A DNA stretch of 63,761 nt, filler included, from Octopus bimaculoides (GCF_001194135.2; 5 parts of 5 records of this genome joined end to end with filler, not necessarily neighbours in it); one strand, 5' to 3'; numbered from the whole stretch's first letter, positions 26,257 through 38,878 are shown. Numbers and translations are program-made. The notes: generated from the letters alone by a model not told the origin.

Positions 26257-27054
26257 ATATACAACAGTTACGGAATGGATTATGGGAAATCCGGGATTCA
26301 TATGTTTCATATCGAGTGGAACCTCAGAAGTGGTAAAATTCAAGTAAGGTGTATACCCCCGGCTACTCTTCAGACCAAGGGTATCTTTATATATATATAT
26401 ATATATTCACTACAGATTTCTCGAGGCTAACTTTCTTCCCTGGTTCTTATATGCCAATCCATCTATCTATCTATCTATCTATAAAACATGGTAAAAGTTT
26501 TTATTTTTCATTCCCTTCGAAATTGCACTTGACTGTGGTTTGGACTCTTTGACTGTTCTTTCTAGTATGTTAGGCGACCTGCTAAGGCTCGCCTCTTTGT
26601 GTTTAAATGAACCCTAATTTATATATATATATATACATATATATATATTTGTGTGAATGTATGTACGTATGTATGTATATTTCCACATGAACGCATGCAT
26701 GGATATATATGTTCGATTAGATATCTAAGTGTGTAACTTGGTATTCATATATATTGCTTGTAATATATGTACATGTGTGTGTGTGTGTGTGTGTATGTGT
26801 CTGTGTTTGTGTGTCTCTGCGGGTGCGTGTGTGGGTGCGTGTGTGTGTGTGTGTGTGTAATACACGTTTCCACACTTTTTCACACAAAGCAATGATTCTA
26901 TCAACTTAGAATTTAAATGTGGGGGATTGCATATGGCTGCAACTAAAAGAATATTGTAAGTGCAAAGCAGACAATAATACACACACACATACACTAAGTC
27001 ACACCAACATATACACACACACGTATGTACGCATGTATATATATATATATATAT

Positions 27055-27154
27055 NNNNNNNNNNNNNNNNNNNNNNNNNNNNNNNNNNNNNNNNNNNNTT
27101 AATTAATTAANNNNNNNNNNNNNNNNNNNNNNNNNNNNNNNNNNNNNNNNNNNN
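27055..27154. other. Artificial 100-bp scaffold join (44 N + TTAATTAATTAA + 44 N); same at 33206, 54404, 62309
   Basis: Identical all-frame-stop 12-mer centred in fixed-length N runs at four places. Confidence 0.9.
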
Positions 27155-27450
27155 GATTACTACCTAGCTCAGATACCAGGAAACCCCAAAATGGCTGAAG
27201 TTCAAAAGATAGTGCTCATGGGAACTGCCCATATCCTACGTAAAATACTGTCTATGTGATCTCAAATTTTAAAGCAAACACATAATTTTCTTATGGTTTC
27301 TTAAACATTCACTTGAACAAAACTGTACAAATCCAAATATATGGTACCCTAGGCATAACACCTACATGAACTTCTAACTTGTTGTCTCTTGAGGTCTCTG
27401 GGTGAGACTTGGATCCAACTTGTACAAATGCAAAACAAAAGTCAAACATA
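27155..27450 (+). mobile_element. Dong/R4-clade non-LTR retrotransposon 3' end (ORF C-terminus + 3'UTR) followed by (TAA)n
   Basis: 27155-27259 translates DYYLAQIPGNPKMAEVQKIVLMGTAHILRKILSM*, matching the QKxVLxGTAxILRK terminus of R4/Dong/Rex6 elements. ~190-bp UTR, then (TAA)n. The 5' side runs into a gap. Confidence 0.8.
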
Positions 27451-27451
27451 A

Positions 27452-27504
<53 letters not shown>

Positions 27505-27507
27505 TAA

Positions 27508-27750
27508 TGTGGCACTCATGACTTCTGATCTTAACTGACTGGAAGTGTTATCATGAACATGTTTTGTCTTGGAGTAAAAGATGGGTCACAGCAACTATTC
27601 TGCTTAGTTTGCTTGTCATTTGATGGACCTTAATCAGTTGAGCATGTCCCTTAGTAGTTGATGGGTGTCTCTGTTCACAAACAGCAGTAGTGGGGGAGCA
27701 TCATAACCATGTGTTGAAAGAAATTCTTTGGGGTTTGAATAATTCACCCC
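27508..27750. mobile_element. Repeat X, truncated copy
   Basis: Same motifs as 10405-10925; begins right after the (TAA)n following the Dong 3' end. Confidence 0.75.
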
Positions 27751-27804
27751 ATACATAAATAATAATAATATTTTGTTTCTGCTATTGGCATTTGGTTATG
27801 ACAA

Positions 27805-28315
27805 TGAGGGTTCCAGTTGGTCTGATCACTGGAACAGCCTGCTCATGAAATTAATGTGCAAGTGGCTGAGCACTCCACAGACACGTGTACCCTTAATGGA
27901 GTTCTCAGGGAGATTCAGCACAACACAGAATGTGATATGAATGGCCCTTTGAATTACAGGTACAACTAATTTTTGCCACCTGTGTGAAATAAAGTGTGAC
28001 TCGAATTTTGCCCAACGTCATTTTGTCCATGTCTTTTGGTCTGATGTCTTTTTGTCTTTTGTCCAATTTTAAATAAAAATTTTAGAAAACAAGGTGAACA
28101 TGAAAATCAAACAATCATTGAGAATTTTATTAAGATTTGTCGTGGGACAAAAACATCATCGGACCAAAAGACGTTTGACGAAGTGACGTCAGGCAAAAAG
28201 ACATAGCACCGAAATAAAGTGTCTTGCTCAAGAACACAATGCACCATTGAGAATCGAACTCACAACCTTACGATCATGAGCTGAAAACTCTGACTACCGA
28301 GCGACATGGCTTCAC
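27805..28315 (-). mobile_element. SINE family C, interrupted by a MITE
   Basis: Head with B-box-like GAGTTCGATTC near 28250 (minus); tail ...gtacacgtgtctgtggagtgctcagccacttgc...; 216-bp insert at 27995-28210. Confidence 0.7.
27995..28210. mobile_element. MITE with ~55-bp imperfect TIRs and 9-12-bp TSD (Mutator-like)
   Basis: gaaataaag(tgt) duplicated at 27986 and 28211. Left ttttgcccaacgtcattttgtccatgtcttttggtctgatg matches the reverse complement of the right end. Confidence 0.65.
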
Positions 28316-28874
28316 TGTTGAGAGATTAAAGTATGAAACACAGACAGACACAGGTGTCTTGCTGTTGTGAAGATACATGACTAACCCAGCATCCAACAGG
28401 TTATATTTGCCCATACCTTAGGCTTCTTCTTTGGCACCTACTTCTGTACTATCAGGTTACACTTCATTGATTGCTTGATGGTATTTGATGAACAGTTTCC
28501 TTCCAATGACAAAGATTTCGAACATCATAACATTTTTGAGCAACTAACATGTGTTTTTCCTTTTTGTCATTTATTATGATGGTGAAAATCCCTCTACCTT
28601 ATGGTTCCAACCCCATAATGTCATATTCACATTTCATTGTGTGTTATGAGACTTTTCAGATCAGTTTCATCAGATTTCAAATCGTTTTAGACAGTTTCTG
28701 ATTGACCTTTACAAAGTGCTCTACTTGTTTCTTTGTCAACAGATGGGGGACATATTCCAGGAGAGCTTGATCCATCTTCAACTGGTCTTTTGAAATAATG
28801 TGCCTTGAACTGTTGCAGGTGCTTCTTCAGAAACATCATTGACAGTCTAGTCACAATTCATTTACATAAATGTG

Positions 28875-28929
28875 AGTAGATTTAGTAAATGGAAATTGAA
28901 GGAAGCCCATCGTGTATGAGTATGTGCAT

Positions 28930-28968
<39 letters not shown>

Positions 28969-29190
28969 TGTCTTTGTCTCCTTGTCATGACATTGAGTGA
29001 TTGTTGTAAATGAGTGTCATCCAAGTGGTACCAATTTCCAAACTTCTAGCCACAAGGAAATATTACTTTTGTTGGAAACACGATGGTTGGTGACAGGAAA
29101 GGCATCCAGACATAGAAAAATCTGCATAAACAAATTCCATCTGACTCCTGCAAGCATGGAACAGCAGATGTTAAATGATGATGTTATCCA
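28875..29190 (+). mobile_element. Family-A core + (TG)n joined to a different tail (tail B)
   Basis: gtaaatggaaattgaaggaagcccatcg-(TG)n-...ggttggtgacaggaaaggcatccag...gcatggaacagcagatgttaaatgatgatg. Confidence 0.6.
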
Positions 29191-30237
29191 GTATTTTAGC
29201 AGTATGGATGACTTTAGTGGGGTAGAAAATCACTGCCTGCCACCAAGCTTTGTATTTTGGGCAATCTGCTCGGTTTGTGCAGTTTTATAAGGGCTAAATG
29301 ACTTGACATTTTAACTTTGAATTAAACAGTGAAAATTTCACAGAGACTACATAATTAACAAAACGAGAAAAAAAACTATTCTTTTCTAAACAATACTAAA
29401 TAAACTAGCATATAACAAGATCACAAACTGTTGAACAACGAAAATGTACAGCAAAATAGAGAAGCTTAAACAATGTACTTAGTTTAACGATAATCTCATA
29501 AACAATATCTCAACAATGCTAATAACACCAAAGAACAAATTTAAAACCAAAAATAAATAATATGCAAAATACTTTTTCCTGATTTAGCTAAGGCATATAT
29601 TATTATTCAGTTCATGTTTCTACATTTTAGTATCTTACAAATAAATTTCATTGACATTTTTTTTAACTCAAATCCATTTTCCTTCAGTTTTTTCTTTTTT
29701 TTTTGCATTTTACCAAAAGTGAAAAAAATAAAATGGTATTTCTTTTTCTTTCCAGAGAATGGAAAGCAGTGCTAATTTGAAGTTGAACATGAGTAGAAAG
29801 ATAGTCTAAAATAGATCTAAGAGAATTATTGTTATGTAACATTATGTTAAAAATGTTGCACATCCTTCAAAGCTTAAAATAGCAAAACATGTTATTTTAT
29901 TTGAATTGTCTTAAAATAAGAAAATTGTCACATTCTTTTCCATTATTTTGTATTTTTCCAGTAAATCTTCTATGCATCCAAAACATCTGCCCCACACAAC
30001 ACAGCATTTCTTCCAAAGCCCAACAAATGTTCTACATATATAACATCATTTTACATTTGTCTGTATATATGTACATGCATACATACATACTTATATATAT
30101 ATATATATAAATATACATATACATACAAACATGCATGCATAAGTACATACATGTATACATACATGCATACATATATATGTGTGTGTGTATATCATCATCA
30201 TCATCATCATCATCATCATCGTCATCGTTTGTATATA

Positions 30238-30420
30238 TCATCATCATCATCATCGTCATTTTCCATGCTGGCATGGGTTGGACGGTTTGACTGAGGTCTG
30301 GCAAGCCAGAAGGCTTCACCAGGCTGCAATCTGACCTGGTAATGTTTCTACAGCTGGATGCCCCTTCCTAATGCCAATCACTCCAAGAGTGTAGTGGGTG
30401 CTTTTTACGTACCACTGGCA
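30238..30420 (-). mobile_element. Tail-B repeat with (ATC)n tail
   Basis: (ATC)n-ttttccatgctggcatgggttggacgg...ctggatgccccttcctaatgccaa, reverse complement related to 29085-29190. Confidence 0.6.
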
Positions 30421-30585
30421 GAGGAGCCAGTCGGGAGCCCCAGACATCGATCACGTTCAGATAGTGCTTTTACGTGCCACTGGCATGCGAGCCAGTCACA
30501 GGGAACTGGCATCGGCCATATGCTGCTTTTTATGTGCCACCGGCACCGGAACCAGTCAGGGGGCACTGGCATCAAACATGTGGCA

Positions 30586-30628
<43 letters not shown>

Positions 30629-30660
30629 TTACTGAGATTCTCCTGTGTATTATATAATTT

Positions 30661-30871
30661 TTATCTTCTACTTTGTTTCAGTAATTTGACTGTGGCCATG
30701 CTGGGGCACCACCTTGAAGGACTTCATCAAACAAATCGACCCAGTGTTTTTTAAGCATGATACTTATTGTATCAGTCTCTTTTGCTGAACTGCTAGATTA
30801 TGGGGACATAAACAAGCCAACACTGGTTGCCAGGCAGTGATGGCACACACACACGCACACACACACACACA

Positions 30872-30902
<31 letters not shown>

Positions 30903-31030
30903 GTGTGTGATTGGCTTCTCTTAGTTTCTGTCTACTAAATCCACCCACAAGGCTTTGGTTGGCTCTGGGCTATAGTAGCAGGTGCCACATAATGGGATTG
31001 AACTCAGAATCATGTGATTGGGAAGCAAAC
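30661..31030 (-). mobile_element. SINE family A, CpG-decayed copy
   Basis: Same layout as 6637-7045 with CpG-to-TpG/CpA changes. Confidence 0.75.
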
Positions 31031-31424
31031 TTGTTAGCTGCACAGCCACGTCTGTTCGTCACACCAAATTGGCAAAGTTTTAAATGTGTTGGATATACCA
31101 TACTTTGTAGTAGTTGTTCCAACACCTTGAGCCCTGAGTTCAAATCCTGCTGGGTGTCAATGAAAATAGGCAACATTGCAATGTAGCGGATTGGCAGAAG
31201 TGTAATAATGATGGTCTGGATGCCTTGCAGTATATATTCTGCTTCCTAAGATTCTGGGTTCAAATCCGCCCCATGGCCTACATGCTTGAAAGATTAAGCC
31301 TTTTCCCAGTTGACTTCCACCAACCTCCTGGCACCTTTATTAGGGACCACTCTCTTGCTAGCATTCAGACTAAGTGAAAGAAACCTGTCACGTGTCCCTA
31401 CTACAGTTGTTGAGTATATTCTTT

Positions 31425-31600
31425 TATTCTTTTATTCGTTTCAATCATTTGACTGCAGCCATGCTGGAGCACCACCTTTTGTTGGACAAATTGATCCCAG
31501 ATCTTATTCTGTTTGTTTCTTTTGCTGAACTGCTAGATTACACCGACGTAAACACACCAGCATTGGTTGTCAAGCGATGGTAGGGGGACAAACACAGACG
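31425..31600 (-). mobile_element. SINE family A, 3' half
   Basis: tttcaatcatttgactgcagccatgctggagcacc...gtaaacacaccagcattggttgtcaagcg. Confidence 0.75.
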
Positions 31601-31614
31601 CTCAAGCATATATA

Positions 31615-31943
31615 GAAGACCCTCTTCGGTCATGACTGACCATGGGATTGCACCTAAAAAGTTACCCTCTGAGGCACAAGTCCGGGCAAGTTTGTTTTAT
31701 GGAAGACCAGCAGTTGCCCATGCATACCAGCCTCACCTCTCCATGCCACCGATGATGATTCAAGGGAAAGGCAAAGGGGCCAATACAGCTTGGCACCAGT
31801 GATGTCGCAACTCATTTCTACAGATGAGTGAAATGGAACAACGTGAAATAAAGTGTCTTGCTCAAGAACACAACACGCAGCTTGGTCTGGGAATCAAACT
31901 CCCAGCCTCAAGGTCGTAATTTCCATGCTCTAACCACTGAGTA
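31615..31943 (-). mobile_element. SINE family D (family-C-type head/core, different tail)
   Basis: Shares gaaataaagtgtcttgctcaagaacaca with family C. Tail gaagaccctcttcggtcatgactgaccatgggattgc...; an opposite-strand fragment lies at ~38325-38392. Confidence 0.65.
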
Positions 31944-32129
31944 CGTATATACATAGGAATACATACGCATGTATGTATATATGCATGCATGTATGTATGT
32001 ATGTATATATGTATGTATATATGTATGTATATATGTATGTATGTGTGTGTATGTATGTGCGAATGTATATATGTATGTATGTATATATGTATGTATGTAT
32101 ATATGTATGTATGTGTGTATGTATATATG

Positions 32130-32167
<38 letters not shown>

Positions 32168-33126
32168 CGTATATATGTATGCATGCATATATGTATGTGT
32201 GTGTATGTATGTATATATGTATGTATGTATGTGTATATATGTATTATGTACGTATGTATGTATGGGTACAACTGCATTGTCCTCTGCAGCAAGAAACTTG
32301 TTCTATTCTGGTCCCATGTTTCNNNNNNNNNNNNNNNNNNNNNNNNNNNNNNNNNNNNNNNNNNNNNNNNNNNNNNNNNNNNNNNNNNNNNNNNNNNNNN
32401 NNNNNNNNNNNNNNNNNNNNNNNNNNNNNNNNNNNNNNNNNNNNNNNNNNNNNNNNNNNNNNNNNNNNNNNNNNNNNNNNNNNNNNNNNNNNNNNNNNNN
32501 NNNNNNNNNNNNNNNNNNNNNNNNNNNNNNNNNNNNNNNNNNNNNNNNNNNNNNNNNGGTAGGGAGGGTGTTGTGAAAACAGAACATTAGAAAAAGACTT
32601 TACAAATTTCCTGTTTTGCTACGTAATTATTTTGCAAAAATACTTTCCAGAATTTCCATCTCTTATGCTTACTTCACACAATTATAACATCTACATATAA
32701 CCTTGGCGTCCAGAAATAAGTGGATGTGCTCCAAGAGGACACAGCTTGAATTTAATCCTATCTGTATAATACACACACACATGAATGTGCACACACACAC
32801 ATGCACGTGCATATACACACATGTATTTGCACACATACACATGCATGTGCACACACACACATGCATGTGCACACACACATGCATGTGCATACACACACCT
32901 GTATGTGCACACACACGCACATACATACATGCATTTAGGTTTGGTGATACACATAGGAGAATAAAACTCAAAATATGAGTATTTATATGTTTTGTATTAA
33001 TAATCGGCAGAAGTTACACAGGAACTCAAAGACTGAGAGTTTTGTGCAGTGGTGCTTATCATACTCTTCGCTCTTGTGTCACTCTATAATTGATGCAAAT
33101 TATCAATAACAAACGTGTCTGTGTGC

Positions 33127-33160
<34 letters not shown>

Positions 33161-33310
33161 NNNNNNNNNNNNNNNNNNNNNNNNNNNNNNNNNNNNNNNN
33201 NNNNTTAATTAATTAANNNNNNNNNNNNNNNNNNNNNNNNNNNNNNNNNNNNNNNNNNNNTATATTTACATACATATAATGAATAGGGAGAATTACACTC
33301 TGTATGTATG

Positions 33311-33342
<32 letters not shown>

Positions 33343-33398
33343 GTCACTAAAGATATATATATATGGACATATAACACCAGTCATACGCATATGTATTA

Positions 33399-33443
<45 letters not shown>

Positions 33444-34867
33444 ATGTATGTATGTATGTATGTATCTATATACATATTAATATTTATACTTGTATGTAAA
33501 TATATATGTGTATGTTTGTGTGTATATATGTTTGTGCATGTAAATATATATATATTGTATACACACACAAGGTGGTGTTCTAGCATGGTCATAGTCAAAT
33601 GCCTGAAACAAGTAAAAGAATAAAAGAATGCACATACACACACACACGCACACACACACATGCATATGCATTTACACACATTTCTGTGAATGTCAGCACA
33701 AACTTGCACACTGCACACTTGGAAGGTAAAAACTAGCAGCAACATTAGTAGCAGGAATAGTGACACACGCACACACGCAAGCATACAAATTCCATACACA
33801 TAAAGCAATCAACCATTTTGCAAATTCCTTCCATTCTTTTGGGTCCAGACCGATGAAGGAACCTTCACAGTTTTTCCCAACCTTACTAGAAACACATGCC
33901 AAAACCTTCCTCAAATCACTCCTTACTGATCGCCAAAAAGATTGATCATGTAGCCATGATAGATATCGGATATTCTTTTATAAAGTTGGGTTGGAATGGT
34001 CATGTCTGGAATGTTTGTGATTATGAGGCTACTCTGACTCTGTGTTTAACAACTATAATGCCAGCATTCACTTTAGTTGACATTAAAGCTTATTTCTTTA
34101 CCATTGACATCCGTGTTGCATAATGTAGAAATCAATGGGGAAAATGTTTTGCGTTGTGGAATTCCACTTTATGGCAAGATTTTCAGGAATGCGATGCTTC
34201 CGTAATGCGGAGGAAGATGCCTATATTTTTATAGAAAACCCATCATAATAGTTATTGAAATATTGATTTCTGACATAGGCACAAGGTCTTCATACTTCAT
34301 ATTTTAGAGGAAGAGGTTTGTTGAGTTTTATTGATTCCGAGACCCCCCNNNNNNNNNNNNNNNNNNNNNNNNNNNNNNNNNNNNNNNNNNNNNNNNNNNN
34401 NNNNNNNNNNNNNNNNNNNNNNNNNNNNNNNNNNNNNNNNNNNNNNNNNNNNNNNNNNNNNNNNNNNNNNNNNNNNNNNNNNNNNNNNNNNNNNNNNNNN
34501 NNNNNNNNNNNNNNNNNNNNNNNNNNNNNNNNNNNNNNNNNNNNNNNNNNNNNNNNNNNNNNNNNNNNNNNNNNNNNNNNNNNNNNNNNNNNNNNNNNNN
34601 NNNNNNNNNNNNNNNNNNNNNNNNNNNNNNNNNNNNNNNNNNNNNNNNNNNNNNNNNNNNNNNNNNNNNNNNNNNNNNNNNNNNNNNNNNNNNNNNNNNN
34701 NNNNNNNNNNNNNNATATATATATATATATATACACTCTTTTTACTTGTTTCAGTGTTGTGAGTTGATTAGGTAGATGGAAACTGAAAGAAGCCCATCGT
34801 ATATTTATACATATGTGTGTGCATGTGTTTGTCTGTGTTTGTAAAAGAATATATATACATATATGCA

Positions 34868-35243
34868 CAGGCTTCCCAACAACATGTTTCCGGGTTCAGT
34901 CCCACTGTGTGGCACCTTGGGCAAGTGTCTTCTGCTATAGCCTTGGGCCAATCAAAGCTTTGTGAGTGGATTTGGTAGACAAAAACTGAAAGAAGCCCGT
35001 TGTATATATATGTGTGTGTGTGTGTGTGTGTTTGTGTGTGTCTGTTTGTCCCTCCACCATCGCTTGACAACCGATGCTGATGTGTTTATGTCCCCGTAAC
35101 TTAGTGGTTCGGCCAAACTGGCCGATAGAATAAGTACTAAGCTTATAAAGAATAAGTCCTGGGGTCGATTTGCTCGACTAAAGGTGGTGCTCCAGCATGG
35201 CCACAGTCAAATGACTGAAACAAGTAAAAGAGTAAAGAGTAAA
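34868..35243 (+). mobile_element. SINE family A, near full length
   Basis: ccgggttcagtcccactgtgtggcaccttgggcaagtgtcttc...internal (TG)n...gaaacaagtaaaagagtaaagagta. Confidence 0.8.
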
Positions 35244-35597
35244 TACACACACACACCCATTTGTGTGTCAGTAATTGTAACTAATATTTCTCTATTCGAG
35301 CCTTGTGTGTATGTATGTCTTGTGTATCCTTCCTCTTCTATCTGATCGAGATGGATTTGGCAGTCTGTCAAGTCTTGTGGTGAATGTTGAAGCAACAGAA
35401 TTTGCAGTTGTGTCTACACTTTGCAGCAGCATCATTTTCATCACCACCACCTCCACTGCCATTATCATCCCAATCGTCTTCATCGTTTATAAGTTTTTGA
35501 CTTCTGTCTTACTTAAATAATTCCATATATTACATGTCTTTTTATCTGTATACATACTCATACATACGCGCACACATTCATATGTATACAATGTGTG

Positions 35598-35667
<70 letters not shown>

Positions 35668-37833
35668 CATACAAACATTTAAATATATGGACACACATAC
35701 ATAGAAACACCTCTCTCTATATATATGTGTGTGTGTATATATATGTGTGTATGTATACGTGTGTATATATATATATATATGTGTGTGTGTATATATGTAT
35801 GTATGTGTGTGTATGTATGTATATTTATATATATATATGTGTGTGTATGTATATATATATATACACACACACACACATGCACACATACACACAGCACTGA
35901 TGATCAATATTCTTCAATTCTTTCTAATAGGTTTAGTTCTTTTTTCTTCTTCTTCTTTCTTATCAAATCCTCCCCTTTCCCACCCCTCTCTCTCTCTTAC
36001 TAATTCTACATAATATACAGATACAACAGCTGAATTCATTCATATACTTTTTATTTTTTATTTTTCTTAGTTTGATTTTCTCTGTTCCTTTCTGTATCTT
36101 GTTCTCTTTCCTCTTTCTTTCTCTCTCTCTCTCTCTCTCTCTTTTTTCTCTCTTTCTCTGCATATATGCAATTGAACTTGCGTTATTTATTAACTCATGT
36201 ACAGAACTCATTCTCTGACATGCGTTTTTATTATCACACACTCGCACATAAATGCATGTGTATGTATATGTATGTATATGCACATCTATATGTATGTATA
36301 TGCATGTTTGTGTACACACAAACACACATGCATTCGTATATATATATATATATATATATATATTACAATTTATCACAAACCCACATACTTGTAAAGATCT
36401 TGATATCTTCTAAGCATACACATATGTACATACATGCTTGCATATCAATACCTCTGCATATATACATACATACACACATACTCCTTATTTTTTTCTCCCT
36501 CTGTTTCCTGCTCCTCATACATACACACACACACACTCGTGCAGAGACACATGCACACACACACACACACACATATAGGCCATGCATGCACACAAAACAC
36601 ACCAAGGTTTGAAGAGAGCTCGGTTAAAAACAGCGCTATTAATTAAATGTAAGTCACGTTGCTCTTTTCGCATCGAGACCTGATCCACCCCCACTCTGAG
36701 TCGTCGTCATCGTCGTCGTCACCATCACAATCACCACCACCACCACCACCACCATCCCTAACATCTCCCACCACCACCACCACCACCACCTCCAGATTTT
36801 GAACCAATTACAGCCTATTCATAGTCGGTGTATCTCACCTAATTTACTTACTGCTTTAAGTCCATGACCAAAGAGGTTGTGTGTAATTATATGCAGTTGG
36901 TGCACATTCTAGAATTTCTGTACATACATAAAAGTTAGCAGGTGCTCTTTAGTGTTGAAGTTGTCAGTAGTAGTGTTGGGTTGGTGTGTGGGTGGGGGCA
37001 GCAAGGATGTTTCTTTTTAGTAGGATGAGGATGACAGGCTTGTGTTGTGAGGTGGGGGTGGGGTATTGTGATATCATTTTACACTTTTCCTTTTTTTTTC
37101 TATTTTCTTTTTTTTTCTTTTGTAAATTGTTTTTCCAACATTAATTCTTTTTTAGCTATTATTATTATTATTATTATTATCGTTTTTTTTATTATTATTA
37201 TCGTTTTTATTATTATTATTATTATCGTTTTTTTTATTTTGGTTTTAAAAAGCTAATATATGTATATATATATATAATGTGCATGTGTGTGTGTATGTAT
37301 ATATATCGTTATGTATACATGGGTATGTGTATATATATATGTGTATATATGCATGTGTGTATGTATGTATGTAGGTATGTATATGCATATGTATATATGG
37401 GTATGTATGTATCTATGGGTATGTGTGTATCTATGGGTATGTGTGTATATATGCATGTGTGTGTATATATGTATGTGAGTGTATATATATATATGTGTGG
37501 ATATATATATATATATATGCATGTATGTGAGTACACACACACACACACACACACACAGACACACACACACAAATATATATATATATTATATATTTGTCTT
37601 TCCTTCTACTAGTGTCCTCCATTAATCAAACAAGATGGCTGGCAGGTGGGGAGCCATGGTGTATATAGTCTTGTATATATAAGCATTGTACCTTGTTGTT
37701 TTTGAAATTGTATCAATGTATACACATGTATGTACATGTGATTTATAGATGTACATTTATACGTACACATACACAATATATTCTTGGTTTCGTTACATTT
37801 GCATATATGCTTGTACATATCTGTACATGTGTG

Positions 37834-37866
<33 letters not shown>

Positions 37867-38190
37867 AAATATATAGTTTTTAAATAACATTTATTACGTG
37901 TATAAATGGAGAAATAGGTGTTTACAATTTTGCTATTTTTGTTATTTTTGCTGCTGAATTTAATTATGCTGTTGCATAGATTTGTATGTACACATGTATT
38001 TGCATATCTGTGTGTGTTTGTTTGTTATGCATCCATACATACATACATACATACATGCATGCATGCATTGTGTGTCCATCCAGAATGTGTTTGTGTTGCT
38101 GCAAGTGTTTGTACGCATTTAAAAATAGTATATTTCTCCGAAATAATTGTTTTTATTGTTTTGAAATATATTTCGAAAATAGAACAGAAA

Positions 38191-38236
38191 TCTAATGATT
38201 ATCTTTTTGTTTTTCTTTCTGTCTTTATAGGTAAGT
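38191..38236 (+). promoter_or_regulatory. Candidate recursive splice site (3'SS fused to 5'SS)
   Basis: tctaat (branch-like) - atctttttgtttttctttctgtcttt - atAG|GTAAGT; no other AG between branch point and acceptor. Confidence 0.45.
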
Positions 38237-38843
38237 TGGAATGAAATCTGTCTTTACTACAATAATGGTTTCTCCCGAATGTATACAGAATCTGAAGGAT
38301 TGCAATTGCCACCAATTTTAAGACAGCTTCAGCCTCAGAGGGGAACTTTCTATGCACAATCCCATGGTCATTCATAACCGAAGGAGGTCTTTACCCTTTG
38401 TTTTTTATACATATATATATATATACACACACAGTCACATGTACACACAAAGGTTCAATTTTGGCTTTTAATTCATCAATAAACCTAGCCATGTAAATCC
38501 CCTCACCTTTCTCCTGACTTCCTCTCTCAATCACTCATCTCATAACACTTCCCCCCTCTCTTTCTCTCTCTCTGTCTCCCTATTTTCTGTTATGTTCACC
38601 CCTCTCCTCCTCCTCCCTTTCCTGTCTAGCAACATTCCACAACACCTCCCTAATACACATCCCTTCACAAAGCTATAGCCCATTCCAAACCAAATATGAT
38701 TATGTAATGTTTTTATCACTCCTTCTACTTCTACCTCCATCACTCCCTCTACTTCTACCTCCATCACTCCCTCTCTCTCTCTCTCTCTCCACATACACAT
38801 ACACCCATAAATCCATCTACACTCTTACACACACTGTTATCAA

Positions 38844-38878
<35 letters not shown>

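Noticed and set aside
27099-27110. Palindromic TTAATTAATTAA recurring four times (also 33206, 54404, 62309)
   Set aside because: Always centred in 44+44 N; an all-frame-stop scaffolding linker, not biology.
28380-28860. Minus-strand reading MMFLKKHLQQFKAHYFKRPVEDG...
   Set aside because: Multiple stops, no recognisable family, no convincing splice pair.
33780-34140. Non-repetitive ORFs including KLGWNGHV (weakly like RTE RLRWxGHV)
   Set aside because: Similarity too short to call; no other RT motifs recognised.
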